Source: Planctomycetota bacterium (GTDB lineage Bacteria; Planctomycetota; UBA8108; SXIK01). Taken from it: DNA of 64,000 bases. Below the pieces are notes generated by a model. That model ran no database searches. It saw only the letters and a list, made by a program, of their open reading frames with translations, and was not told where the DNA came from. How positions within the stretch are numbered: position 1 is the first letter of the stretch; every line of letters begins with the position of its first letter. The stretch lies in NCBI GenBank assembly GCA_965223845.1, contig CBDCXR010000004.1, positions 4,864,001 through 4,928,000 of the forward strand, written 5' to 3'. Below, one piece after another: positions 39,064-49,231 of the stretch. The translations under genes and the position numbers were made by a program.

Positions 39064-39201
39064 CGCCGCGAGAGCCGGTGCACTCGAACGCGGGCGGCTG
39101 CGGCGTTCGGTCGCAGGCGCGCGGGGTTGTGACGCCGGCACTTACGATCGCGGCGAGGCGACGTTATCGGAATTCAGGGCGAGACGACACGCCCCGCGAA
39201 A

Positions 39202-39231
39202 TTGCGCCCGCCTCCGTTCTCGGAATATAAT
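39202..39231 (+). promoter_or_regulatory. Sigma70-type promoter upstream of the oad operon
   Basis: TTGCGC, 18-nt spacer, TATAAT. Confidence 0.5.
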
Positions 39232-39491
39232 GCGCGGCCCGTTTCGCTCGGGATCGACGCTCGGCGCCGCCTCCGCGCGCCGTCGGTCGACCCGGCGAGC
39301 CCTCGACCTCTGATCCCATCCCGGCCGCCTCGCTCCCGTGTTCGCGCACCTCCAGCGCGATCGCTTGCGGAAGCCGAACGCGCGCTGACACTCGAGAGCG
39401 CCACGCCCGGACCCACCGCGGGACCGGGACGCGGAAAACCGAAAGAACGCGCGCGACGCCGAGCGCGACAAGGAAGCGAACGAACACCGCT

Positions 39492-39791
39492 GTGCCCGAC
39501 CTCGAGCCTGCCCTTCAGAACATCGCCGACGCCGAGGGAATCCCGATCGCGCTGACGGGACTCTTCATCGTGTTCGTCGCTCTCGTTCTCATCAGCGCTT
39601 TCCTCACGGTGCTCCCGCGCATCCTCGAGAAAGTGGCGACCGTCTTTCCGGAGGCGAACGACGTTCGCACCGCGGCGCCCGCCACCGCAGCCGCCGCGCC
39701 GAAACCCAGCTCCGACTCGACCGAGCCCGAGCTCGTCGCCGCGCTCGCGGTGCTCCTTCATCAACGTGGAAACTCGCATCCGAAGAGCTGA
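39492..39791 (+). CDS. oadG: Na+-translocating decarboxylase gamma subunit (OadG family)
   Basis: One TM helix (GLFIVFVALVLI), Ala/Pro linker and ELVAALAVLLH; adjacent to oadB. Confidence 0.8.
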   Translation: MPDLEPALQNIADAEGIPIALTGLFIVFVALVLISAFLTVLPRILEKVATVFPEANDVRTAAPATAAAAPKPSSDSTEPELVAALAVLLHQRGNSHPKS

Positions 39792-39824
39792 GCCCGCGCA
39801 CGACAAGCGCGACGCGATCGAGAC

Positions 39825-40955
39825 ATGGACATCCTCTTCGAGTTCCTGAAGACGACCGGCTTCGCGTCGATGACGTGGGGAAACGCGATCATGATCACGA
39901 TCGGGATCGTGTTCATCGCGCTCGCCATCATCAAGGATTACGAGCCGCTCCTTCTTCTTCCGATCGGCTTCGGCGCCGTCGTCGGCAACATTCCGACGAT
40001 CGCCGGGATGAATTTGAGCGTCTACGACGAAGGTAGTGTTCTCGCTTACCTCTACTTCGGGGTGAGCCAAGGGATCTTTCCGCCGCTCATCTTCCTCGGC
40101 ATCGGCGCGATGACCGATTTCTCGACGATGCTCTCGAATCCGAAGCTCGTCCTGCTCGGCGCCGCGGCGCAGATCGGCGTCTTCGCGACGTTCCTCGGCG
40201 CGCTTTACCTCGGTTTCGATGCGAATCAGTCCGGCGCGATCGGCATCATCGGCGGCGCCGACGGGCCCACGGCGATCTTCCTTGCGGCAAAGCTAGCTCC
40301 ACAGCTTCTCGGTGCGATCGCGATTGCGGCCTATTCCTACATGGCTCTCGTCCCCGTGATTCAGCCGCCGATCATGAAGCTGCTCACGAGCCGCGAAGAG
40401 CGACTCATCCGCATGAAGGCGCCGCGGCACGTCTCGAAGCGAGAGCGGATCATCTTTCCGATCGTCGCGTTCCTCATCTGCGCGCTGATCGCACCGGGTT
40501 CCCTCGTTCTCATCGGGATGCTGTTCTTCGGAAACCTGCTCAAGGAGAGCTGCGTCACCGAGCGGCTCGCCAACACCGCCCGCCACGCGATGATCGACAT
40601 CGTCACGATCCTCCTCGGCTTCTGCGTCGGAGCGAGCACTCAGGCGCAGACGTTCCTCACCGAGCAGTCGCTCCTCATTTTCGGTCTCGGCGCTCTGTCC
40701 TTCGGCGTCGCGACCGCGGGCGGCGTTCTCTTCGCGAAGTTCATGAATCTCTTCCTCGACGAGAAGATCAATCCGCTCGTCGGAGCGGCCGGCGTCTCGG
40801 CGGTGCCGGATTCCGCCCGAGTCGTTCAGATGGTCGGGCAGAAGGAAGATCCGCAGAACTTTCTCCTCATGCACGCGATGGCTCCGAACGTCGCCGGCGT
40901 GATCGGCTCGGCGGTCGCGGCCGGAATCCTGTGGAGCGTGCTGGTCACGAATTGA
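39825..40955 (+). CDS. oadB: Na+-translocating decarboxylase beta subunit
   Basis: EPLLLLPIGFG, GAMTDF, IGIIGGADGPTAIF, AAYSYMAL, GVSAVP and HAMAPNVAG. Confidence 0.95.
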   Translation: MDILFEFLKTTGFASMTWGNAIMITIGIVFIALAIIKDYEPLLLLPIGFGAVVGNIPTIAGMNLSVYDEGSVLAYLYFGVSQGIFPPLIFLGIGAMTDFSTMLSNPKLVLLGAAAQIGVFATFLGALYLGFDANQSGAIGIIGGADGPTAIFLAAKLAPQLLGAIAIAAYSYMALVPVIQPPIMKLLTSREERLIRMKAPRHVSKRERIIFPIVAFLICALIAPGSLVLIGMLFFGNLLKESCVTERLANTARHAMIDIVTILLGFCVGASTQAQTFLTEQSLLIFGLGALSFGVATAGGVLFAKFMNLFLDEKINPLVGAAGVSAVPDSARVVQMVGQKEDPQNFLLMHAMAPNVAGVIGSAVAAGILWSVLVTN

Positions 40956-41007
40956 TGCGAACGGACGGCGCCGTCGAACGACGCCGGGCAGCGAAGAGGC
41001 ACCCAGA

Positions 41008-42810
41008 GTGGCGAAGAAAGTCGATTTCATGTGCACTGCGTTCCGGGACGGATTCCAGTCCGTCTACGGCGCGCGCGTCTTCACCGACGATTTTCTCCCG
41101 GCGGTCGAGGCGGCGCGCGATGCAGGCATCCAGTACTTCGAGGCCGGCGGGGGCGCGAGATTTCAGTCGCTCTACTTCTACTGCAACGAAGACGCGTTCA
41201 CGATGATGGACCGGTTCCGCGAAGCGGCCGGCCCCGACGCGAACCTCCAAACACTCGCGCGCGGTGTAAACGTCGTCGGGCTCGAGTCGCAGCCGAGCGA
41301 CATCGTCAAGATGCACGCCGACCTCTTTAAGAAGCACGGCATCACGACGATCCGCAACTTCGATGCGCTGAACGACGTCGACAATCTCATCTACAGCGGC
41401 CAGTGCATCGTTGACGCTGGCCTGAAGCACCAGGTCTGCGTAACGCTCATGGAGCTTCCGCCGGGATGCTCGGGCGCGCACGACGCCGATTTCTACATTG
41501 CGACGCTGAAGAAGATCCTCGACGCGGACATTCCGTTCGACGCCGTGTGCTTCAAGGACGCTTCGGGAACGGCGGTGCCGTCGAAAGTGCACGAAACGAT
41601 CCGCCGCGCTCGGAAGCTGCTCCCCGAAGGAACGTACATCCACTTCCACACGCACGAAACCGCGGGTGTCGCGGTCGTCGCGAACCAGGCCGCGCTCGAC
41701 GCCGGCGCCGACGCGATCGATCTCTCGCTCGCTCCGTGCTCGGGAGGGACTTGTCAGCCGGACATCCTCGTCATGTGGCACGCGCTCCGCGGCTCGGACT
41801 ACGATCTCGACATCGACGTCGAAAAGGTGCGCGAGGCCGAGGAAGTCTTCAAGGAATGCATGGCGGACTACTTCCTCCCGCCCGAGGCGACCGCGGTCGA
41901 GCCGCTGATTCCGTGGAGCCCGATGCCGGGCGGAGCCCTCACCGCAAACACGCAGATGCTCCGCGACAACGGGATCATGGAAAAGTATCCCGAAGTGATC
42001 CAGGCGATGAGCGATGTCGTCCGGCGCGGCGGTTTCGGTACTTCGGTGACGCCGGTCTCCCAGTTCTACTTTCAGCAGGCGTTCAACAACGTCATGTTCG
42101 GAGCGTGGGAGAAGATCGCCGCTCCGTACGGCAAGATGGTCCTCGGCTATTTCGGAAAGACTCCCGTCCCCCCGGACCCGGAGATCGTTCGGCTCGCGTC
42201 CGAGCAGCTCGGACTCGAGCCGACGACGCGCTCGCCGCTCGAGATGAACGACGAGGATCCGTCGAAGGGGGTCGCGGCCGCGCGGGAAGTTCTCGCCAAG
42301 GAGGGAATCGAGGCAACGGACGAGAACGTCTTCATCGCGGCGACCTGCAAGGAGAAAGGGATCGCGTTCCTCCAAGGAAAAGCGGAGACCGGTGTCCGGA
42401 AGAACGTGGCCCCGGCCGCGGCGCCCGTGGCGAGCTCGGCACCGGCCGGTCCGCGCGAATACACGCTCACGGTGAGCGGCAAGAAGTATGAGGTTGCGGT
42501 CGACGGCAACCGCGCTACGGTCGACGGGCGATCGTACGAGATCGGAATCGAGGAGCGCGCGAGTGCGGTCGCACCGGCGGCGCCGCCGGCCGCGAACGCA
42601 ACGAGCGTCACGGCGAAGATCCCCGGCACGGTGTACGCGATCCAGGCTGAAGCCGGAGCCGAAGTCGCCGAAGGCGACACGATCCTCGTTCTCGAGGCGA
42701 TGAAGATGGAGGTCAAGGTCGCCGCGCCTGCGAGCGGACGCGTGCAGGCGATTCAGGTCTCGGTCGGAGATCAAGTCAGCGCCGGCCAAGTCCTGGCGTC
42801 GCTAGCCTGA
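41008..42810 (+). CDS. oadA: Oxaloacetate decarboxylase alpha / PycB-like carboxyltransferase with a biotin-carrier domain
   Basis: FRDGFQS, FKDASG, HTHET, MPGG, VTPVSQ and biotinylation motif EAMKM. Confidence 0.88.
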   Translation: MAKKVDFMCTAFRDGFQSVYGARVFTDDFLPAVEAARDAGIQYFEAGGGARFQSLYFYCNEDAFTMMDRFREAAGPDANLQTLARGVNVVGLESQPSDIVKMHADLFKKHGITTIRNFDALNDVDNLIYSGQCIVDAGLKHQVCVTLMELPPGCSGAHDADFYIATLKKILDADIPFDAVCFKDASGTAVPSKVHETIRRARKLLPEGTYIHFHTHETAGVAVVANQAALDAGADAIDLSLAPCSGGTCQPDILVMWHALRGSDYDLDIDVEKVREAEEVFKECMADYFLPPEATAVEPLIPWSPMPGGALTANTQMLRDNGIMEKYPEVIQAMSDVVRRGGFGTSVTPVSQFYFQQAFNNVMFGAWEKIAAPYGKMVLGYFGKTPVPPDPEIVRLASEQLGLEPTTRSPLEMNDEDPSKGVAAAREVLAKEGIEATDENVFIAATCKEKGIAFLQGKAETGVRKNVAPAAAPVASSAPAGPREYTLTVSGKKYEVAVDGNRATVDGRSYEIGIEERASAVAPAAPPAANATSVTAKIPGTVYAIQAEAGAEVAEGDTILVLEAMKMEVKVAAPASGRVQAIQVSVGDQVSAGQVLASLA

Positions 42811-43076
42811 CCTCGAATCGCCGGCTCGAGACCGGATCTGGCTGAACGAGGGCGCGTGCCGGCCCGTGACGTTCTCGACCTCAGAGTCCCGGCAGCGATG
42901 TCGGGATCGGGTGGATCGCGGGCCTCGGGCGTGGCCGGACTCGAGGCGAGCGGGGCGGGGAGGTACCATCTGGCGAGAGCCCCGGGGCAAGTCGAACGGC
43001 GGCTTCGAGCAACGAACCAACTCAGCGCCTCCGCCGGGTCCCGTCCCGGCGACACGTCCCAGAAGGAGGACTCGAC

Positions 43077-43700
43077 GTGCCCAGATTCATCATCGCGATC
43101 ATCGTGAGCGCCCTCGCGCTCTTCGTCTGGGGATTCGTTTCGTGGACCGTCCTCGATTGGCACACGGCGACGACCGGCCGGATCGCAGCGCCCGCCCAGC
43201 TCGCCGCGACGACGGCGCTCAAGGTCGCCAACGTTCCCGCCGGCACGTACTTCATACCGCCACCGCCTGACGGGAACGGCGAAGAAACCGACGAGGAAAA
43301 GAAGGCCGCGGTGGAGGAGTGGGAGGCGAAGCACACGGAAGGCCCGATCGGCTTCCTCGTTTACCACCCGGAGGGTCGACCCCCGATGGCGACCTCGATG
43401 TTCCTCTACGGAATCGCGATCAATGTCATCGCCTGCACGATCGCGGCGTGTCTCCTCGCGGCGGCATCGATCGGAAACTTCTTCGGACGCTTTCTCTTCG
43501 TCGTCGCCCTCGGGGCGTTCGTCGGTGTGACTGCCGACGGCAGCTTCTGGAACTACATGTACTTTCACGACGACTGGACGAAGGTGATGATCGCCGACCG
43601 AGTCGCGTCGTGGGCGATCGCGGGCGTCATACTCGCCGGGCTCACCGGGCCGCGCTCGCGTCAGCGGGCTTCCGCAGCCGGCTCTACGGCGAGCGCCTGA
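43077..43700 (+). CDS. Hypothetical membrane protein (about 4 TM helices)
   Basis: AAGGAGGA SD before the GTG; hydrophobic segments with an extracytoplasmic loop. Confidence 0.7.
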   Translation: MPRFIIAIIVSALALFVWGFVSWTVLDWHTATTGRIAAPAQLAATTALKVANVPAGTYFIPPPPDGNGEETDEEKKAAVEEWEAKHTEGPIGFLVYHPEGRPPMATSMFLYGIAINVIACTIAACLLAAASIGNFFGRFLFVVALGAFVGVTADGSFWNYMYFHDDWTKVMIADRVASWAIAGVILAGLTGPRSRQRASAAGSTASA

Positions 43701-43948
43701 GGGCCGGACCACCGCTTCCGCGAATCCGGCGCGGCGCTGCTGCGCCTCCGGTTCCGCTCGGTCGTTCGCGACCGAATCTGGCGCCCATTCGACCGCCCCG
43801 CGGCTCACTTCTTCTCTCTCCCGACCTAAGACAACGCCCGGCGGCGACGTCTCGAAGGATGGAGTGAGCCAGCCGGGCGGTCATCGGGACCAACGGCCCC
43901 CGCCGACCGGCGCGAGACTCCGATGCGAATTCCCGCGGAGATTCTGCT

Positions 43949-46252
43949 ATGTCGACCCCCCGATCGAACCGCCCGCACGCGAAGGCGGCGTCCCCCATCG
44001 TCCTTCTCCTCGGACTTCTTCTCGTCGGACTCGGCGGGCTCGGCGCGCCCACCGCGGCGAGGGCGGACGGGTTCATTTACGTGCATGAGCCCGTCGTCGA
44101 GATCCACACGATTCCTCGCCCGCGCCACTGGCGCGTCCGACGGGTCCGGCCCCACTTCCCGCTCCAGATCACCCGACACAAAGTCGACATCGACATCGCC
44201 GAAACGGTCGCTCGGACTCGCGTCGAGGAGACGTTCCACAATCCCGGCGGCCGCCAGCTCGAGGGCACGTATCTCTTCCCGCTCCCCGAAGGCGGGGTGA
44301 TCTCGAACTTCTCGATGAAGATCGGCGGAAAGGAAGTCGCGGGCGAAGTGCTCGAACGCGACAAAGCCCGCAAGATCTACGAGGACATCGTCCGGCGCGC
44401 GAAGGACCCCGGTCTTCTCGAGTACGTGAAGCGCGGCCTCTTCAAAGCGCGCGTGTTTCCGATTCCGCCCCGCGGTGACGTCGAGGTCGCGATCGAGTAC
44501 ACGGAGTCGCTCAGCCGGACGCAGGGGCTCACCTCGTATCGCTACCCCCTCGACACCGGCAAGTACTCGAGTGCGCCGTACCGAAACGTCGTCGTCGACG
44601 TGAAGCTCACGACCTCGTCGGCGCTCCGCTCGATCCACTGCCCGTCGCACCGAGGCGTCGGCATCACGCGAAAGGGCGACAAGGAAGCTCGGATCACCTT
44701 CGAGGCGAAAGAGCTCGAAGCCGACAAGGACTTCGTGCTCTCGTGGAACGTAAGCACCGACGAAGTCGCGCCGTTCATTCTCACTCATCGCGGACACTCG
44801 GAGAGCGCGCACTTTTTCATCTCGCTGCGTCCGAGCCCGGCGGAACCGAAGGTCGTTCCGAAAGATGTCGTCTTCGTCGTCGACACGTCCGGAAGCATGG
44901 TCGGAGCGAAGCTCGAGCAGGTGCAGAAGGCGCTCAAGTACTGCATTCACAACCTGAACGACGGCGATCGATTCAATCTCGTCGACTTCTCGACCGAGGC
45001 CAGGCGCTTTCGCGAGAGCCTCGTCTCCGTCTCGGACGAGACGCGAAAGGCCGGAGACGCCTACGTTGCGCAGCTCAAGGCACGCGGTGGCACGAACATC
45101 GAGCAGGCCCTTCGGTTCGCGCTCGACGATCTCATCAGCGAAGACCGGCTCCAGCTCGTCGTGTTCCTCACCGACGGTGAGCCGACGATCGGCCCAGTGA
45201 AGCCGGAGGAGATCCTCCGCTCGGTGAAGGAATCGAACCGTCACCGGCGGCGAGTCTTCGTCTTCGGCGTCGGCGACGACCTCAACACGACCCTCATGGA
45301 CCGACTGGCGAAGGAGACGAGCGGCGTCACGCAGTACATCGCCGCCGCGGAGAACATCGAGGTTCCGCTCTCGAATTTCTACGACAAGATCGATTCGCCG
45401 GTCTTCACCGATCTCGAGCTGAATATCGTCGGCGAGGACATCGCGGACGTCTATCCGAAGGCCCTCCCCGATCTGTTCCACGGCGAGCAGCTCGAGATCT
45501 TCGGCCGCTACAAGACGCACGGAAAGAAGACCGTCGTCCTCAAGGGAAAGCTCCAAGGAGAGATGCGCGCGTTCGAGTACTCTCTCGATTTCTCGGGCGG
45601 CGATCACCCCTTCATCCCGACGCTATGGGCGCAGCGAAAGATCGGTTACCTCCTCGAGCAGATGCGTCTCTCGGGCGAGTCGAAAGAGGTGAAGGACGAA
45701 GTCGTCCGCTTGAGCAAGCACTACGGGATCCTCACCCCGTACACCTCGTACCTAGTGGTCGAAGAGGCGGAGCTCGCGTCCGCCGACGGCTCGGCGGTTC
45801 GCCTGAACGAATTCTTCGCGGCTCCGTACGGCGCGGTTCGCCGAAGCGGTCGTGGGCGGTCGCTCGAGCGCGCCCGCCTGGCCTTCCGAGACTACGCCGG
45901 CGCCGATGCGGTAAGGGCGAGCAAGAGCATCTCGCGCCTCAAGTCCGCCGTTTCCGGCGGGATTCAAGCGGAGTCACTCGCCGGCGAGCCGGATCAAGAT
46001 GCAGCGCAGCAGTCCGCGTTCATGCGTTCGGTCGGCTCGTGGAAGTTCTACCTCCAAGGTGATCGCTGGATCGATGCGACGCTCACCGACAGGGACGTCG
46101 GGAAGCTCGCAAAGGTTCGCCGCGTGAAGTACCTCTCGGATGAGTACTTCGCCCTGCTCAGTGAAGCGCCGGAGCTCGGCAAAGCGCTGTCGGTCGGACC
46201 GCAGGTGAGCTTTCTCTGGAAGGGCGAAATGATCTCGATCGACGCCGAGTGA
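43949..46252 (+). CDS. Secreted VIT + von Willebrand factor A domain protein
   Basis: VIT region (LEGTYLFPLP, DPGLLEY); MIDAS DTSGSM; GGTNI; FLTDGEPT; ILTPYTSYLV. Confidence 0.9.
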   Translation: MSTPRSNRPHAKAASPIVLLLGLLLVGLGGLGAPTAARADGFIYVHEPVVEIHTIPRPRHWRVRRVRPHFPLQITRHKVDIDIAETVARTRVEETFHNPGGRQLEGTYLFPLPEGGVISNFSMKIGGKEVAGEVLERDKARKIYEDIVRRAKDPGLLEYVKRGLFKARVFPIPPRGDVEVAIEYTESLSRTQGLTSYRYPLDTGKYSSAPYRNVVVDVKLTTSSALRSIHCPSHRGVGITRKGDKEARITFEAKELEADKDFVLSWNVSTDEVAPFILTHRGHSESAHFFISLRPSPAEPKVVPKDVVFVVDTSGSMVGAKLEQVQKALKYCIHNLNDGDRFNLVDFSTEARRFRESLVSVSDETRKAGDAYVAQLKARGGTNIEQALRFALDDLISEDRLQLVVFLTDGEPTIGPVKPEEILRSVKESNRHRRRVFVFGVGDDLNTTLMDRLAKETSGVTQYIAAAENIEVPLSNFYDKIDSPVFTDLELNIVGEDIADVYPKALPDLFHGEQLEIFGRYKTHGKKTVVLKGKLQGEMRAFEYSLDFSGGDHPFIPTLWAQRKIGYLLEQMRLSGESKEVKDEVVRLSKHYGILTPYTSYLVVEEAELASADGSAVRLNEFFAAPYGAVRRSGRGRSLERARLAFRDYAGADAVRASKSISRLKSAVSGGIQAESLAGEPDQDAAQQSAFMRSVGSWKFYLQGDRWIDATLTDRDVGKLAKVRRVKYLSDEYFALLSEAPELGKALSVGPQVSFLWKGEMISIDAE

Positions 46253-46493
46253 GACGCTCGCGCGCGATTCTCCCGAGAGCCCGCTCGTGAGGCGAGCCGG
46301 CTTCGCGGCCGCGGCTGGATCCTAGATCGAGCCGCGGCCGCTTTGTCGATCGACGACCGGGGTGTATCGGCGCCGCCGCGCGCACGGATGTCTGAATGGG
46401 GTGAGAAATCCGCTCCAGACTCTGGCACGATGGCTCTTTCCTCGCCGCGCTCTCGGGCGCGGAGGAAGAGCGTGGGTCGATCTGGAGTCATTC

Positions 46494-49211
46494 ATGGTCT
46501 GGCGATGCTTCGTCCGAGCCCGATTGCGCCTCCGCCCGACCGGCGCGGTGGTCGTCGGCTGCCTCGCCATCCAGTCGGCGACGATCGCTTCACTCTCGGC
46601 CCAGGAGCCGGCTTGCTATCGCGAGCCGGCGCTCACCGGACGTGTCGTCGATTCGCGCATCATCGAGATCTCGGGAATGGTCCCGGTCACGGATCGACCG
46701 GGGCACTACTGGATCCACAACGACTCCGACGGCCGCCCTCGCGTCTTCGCCGTGCATGAATCGGGATCGATCATCGCCGTCGCGAACGTCACCGGCGCGG
46801 ATGCGATCGACTGGGAGGAGATCGCGCGCGGACCTGGTCCGGAGACGGACGGCGCTCCGGCGGCAGCGTCCCATCTTTACGTCGCCGATACCGGGAACAA
46901 CGAACGCGCTCGCGACGAGCTCGCGATCTACCGGTTCCGCGAGCCGTCGTTCCCGTTGGGCGTGGCCGTCGAGAGCAGACTCGACACGGAATCCGCACAC
47001 CGCATGAGAGTTCGGTATCCGTCGGAGAGGTTCGACGCCGAAGCGCTCGTCGTCGATCCGGCGCGCGGAGACGTCTACCTCCTAACGAAGGAAGACGCTC
47101 GGTGCCAAGTCTTCCGCGTTGGCGATCCCGGGTCGACCTCGCTTCAGACGCTCGTCGCGGTCACGACGTTTCGCCCGCAAGGACTCGTCACCGCAGCAGA
47201 CGTTTCGGCGGACGGCCGTCGCCTTCTCGTCCGCACGTACGACCGCATACTCGAGTACGTCGCCGGGGAAGCGGCTCCTTTCGCGACGATCTTCGGCGCA
47301 GCCGCCCGCGTGCTTCCCGATTCGAGTCTCGAGGCGAAGAGTGAATCCATTTGTTTCGATCACGCGGAAACCGCGTATCTCACGACAAACGAGGGCAATC
47401 CCGCGCCGATCCGCATCGCGCGCGAGAAGATTTCGCAGCCGTGGTGTCCCGAGCCGACCGAGGAAAGCCTCGGCGGACTCTTCGTACGCGGAGACGTCGT
47501 CGCGACCGATTCTCTCGGCGAATCGGTGGTCGACATCGGCGATCTCGCCCGCCTCGCGGAATCGCTCAGCGGTGGACGGACACTCGACTGCGAAGCGGCT
47601 GGAGATGCGAACGACGACGACGTCCTCGACGAGCTCGACGTCGCCGCGCTCACTGCCGCCCTTGCGAACGACGAACGAATTCCTCTTCCCTTCCCCGATC
47701 TCGGCCTCGACCCGACCGGCGGCGATCTCCCCTGTGACGAACGCGAACGCGTGGTGCCGGTCGAGCTCGGATCCGAGTGGGACGTCGCCGACCCCCGCTC
47801 TCCCCCGCCGCACGATTGGAACGAGCCGAGCGGCACCGGCGGGGCCTGGCAGAGCCGCTCGACTCCCATCGGCTTCGGCGTCGCTGGCGTCGCAACGGAG
47901 GTCGAGAGAACCGCCGAGATCTCTCTCTACGCGCGCCGCGTCTTCGAGCTCGCCGACGCGGAAGCGTGGGACGAGGCGTTTCTCGATATCGCCTATGACG
48001 ATGGCTTCGTCGCGTATCTGAACGGCACCGAGGTCGCAAGGCGAGGGCTCGGGTCGCCGGGATTCGAGCCTTTTCCCTCCGAGCTCGCGCGCCGCCACAC
48101 TTCGACGATTCCGGAAGTCGTGCCGATTTGTACCGAGTCGCTCGTCTCGGGCACGAATCTTCTCGCGGTCGAAGTCCATCGCCGCGCGACTACGGACCGC
48201 ACGCTCTTCTTCGACGCACGCTTTCGCGCGGTGCGCCGAAAATCGCCAGCCCCACCGCCGACCGGGCTCACGCCCGAGTCGGAGGTCCGGCTCAGCACGG
48301 CGCGCCCACCGAATCGTGGGGACGAGTTCGCCCTCGAGATCGTCATCGACGCGGGGGCAGAGTTTCGCTCGCTCAGCTACAGAATCACCTTTCCCGTGGA
48401 CGACGTGGATGTTCTCCGCTCCGAACGCGGCCGGGACGCACCGAGCGGAATCGTCGATGCCGTGAGCGTCTCTCGAGACGGTCACCTCGCGTACGTTGCG
48501 GTCGCGACGCGCGATCCGTTTCCCGCGGCGACGGACCTCGAGGTCGCGCGGCTTCTCTTTCGCGCCCGAGAGGATGCGGCGCAAGGCATCACGATCGAGT
48601 TCGTTTCTCGGGGAGGTCGGTTGCCGCTCGACGAACGGCTCGGTCTCGCAGACGGTCGGACGATTCGGCTGCGCGGGTCGCCGTACGTGAGTGAAGTCAC
48701 GGACCTCGGCACACCGTCCGTCTCGTCGCTCGTCGGCAACCGCGGAGAATCGGGGACGAAGTTCTATCTCGTCGGAGGTCGCATCGAGGGCGGAGAGGTT
48801 CGGGTGCGCGTCTGCGGCAGGGAGGCGAACGTCGAGCGCCTCGATGCGGTAACGCTTCGCGTCTCGGCGCCGGCGTGCGAGCGCGCCGGTTACGCCCTCC
48901 TCGAGCTCTGCAACGCGCTTGGCTGCATCACCGTCGACGAGGGATTCTTCTACGAAAGCGCCGGGGTGCTTTGGCTGAGGGGAGATGCAAACGGGGACGG
49001 GAGCGTCGATATCGCCGATGCGCTTCGCATCCTCGGCGCGCTCTTCTCCGCCGAGGACGCGCGCGGAGCGCCGAAGTGCCCGACCGCGGTCGACGTCAAC
49101 GACGACGGCGCATTTGATATCGCGGATGCGATCTTCCTCCTCAATTTTCTCTTTTCGGGAAGCGTGGACCTACCCCCACCGTACCCGGAGCCGGCCGTTT
49201 GCCGGGAGTGA
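46494..49211 (+). CDS. Secreted multidomain protein: beta-propeller, dockerin-like, jelly-roll, cohesin-like, IPT/TIG-like, dockerin-like
   Basis: EISG, WIHNDS, DWEEIA, YVADTGNN and FDAEAL; FVRGD...; YDDGFVAYLNG; WLRGDANGDG...DVNDDGAFDIAD. Start uncertain. Confidence 0.75.
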   Translation: MVWRCFVRARLRLRPTGAVVVGCLAIQSATIASLSAQEPACYREPALTGRVVDSRIIEISGMVPVTDRPGHYWIHNDSDGRPRVFAVHESGSIIAVANVTGADAIDWEEIARGPGPETDGAPAAASHLYVADTGNNERARDELAIYRFREPSFPLGVAVESRLDTESAHRMRVRYPSERFDAEALVVDPARGDVYLLTKEDARCQVFRVGDPGSTSLQTLVAVTTFRPQGLVTAADVSADGRRLLVRTYDRILEYVAGEAAPFATIFGAAARVLPDSSLEAKSESICFDHAETAYLTTNEGNPAPIRIAREKISQPWCPEPTEESLGGLFVRGDVVATDSLGESVVDIGDLARLAESLSGGRTLDCEAAGDANDDDVLDELDVAALTAALANDERIPLPFPDLGLDPTGGDLPCDERERVVPVELGSEWDVADPRSPPPHDWNEPSGTGGAWQSRSTPIGFGVAGVATEVERTAEISLYARRVFELADAEAWDEAFLDIAYDDGFVAYLNGTEVARRGLGSPGFEPFPSELARRHTSTIPEVVPICTESLVSGTNLLAVEVHRRATTDRTLFFDARFRAVRRKSPAPPPTGLTPESEVRLSTARPPNRGDEFALEIVIDAGAEFRSLSYRITFPVDDVDVLRSERGRDAPSGIVDAVSVSRDGHLAYVAVATRDPFPAATDLEVARLLFRAREDAAQGITIEFVSRGGRLPLDERLGLADGRTIRLRGSPYVSEVTDLGTPSVSSLVGNRGESGTKFYLVGGRIEGGEVRVRVCGREANVERLDAVTLRVSAPACERAGYALLELCNALGCITVDEGFFYESAGVLWLRGDANGDGSVDIADALRILGALFSAEDARGAPKCPTAVDVNDDGAFDIADAIFLLNFLFSGSVDLPPPYPEPAVCRE

Positions 49212-49231
49212 GCACCTGCGAGGGCACATCC

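Noticed and set aside
40945-42789. 614-aa minus-strand ORF, and similar long ORFs at 10230-12053, 43826-45607, 47082-48584 and 52968-54530
   Set aside because: Antisense or off-frame shadows of well-supported genes, as expected at high GC.
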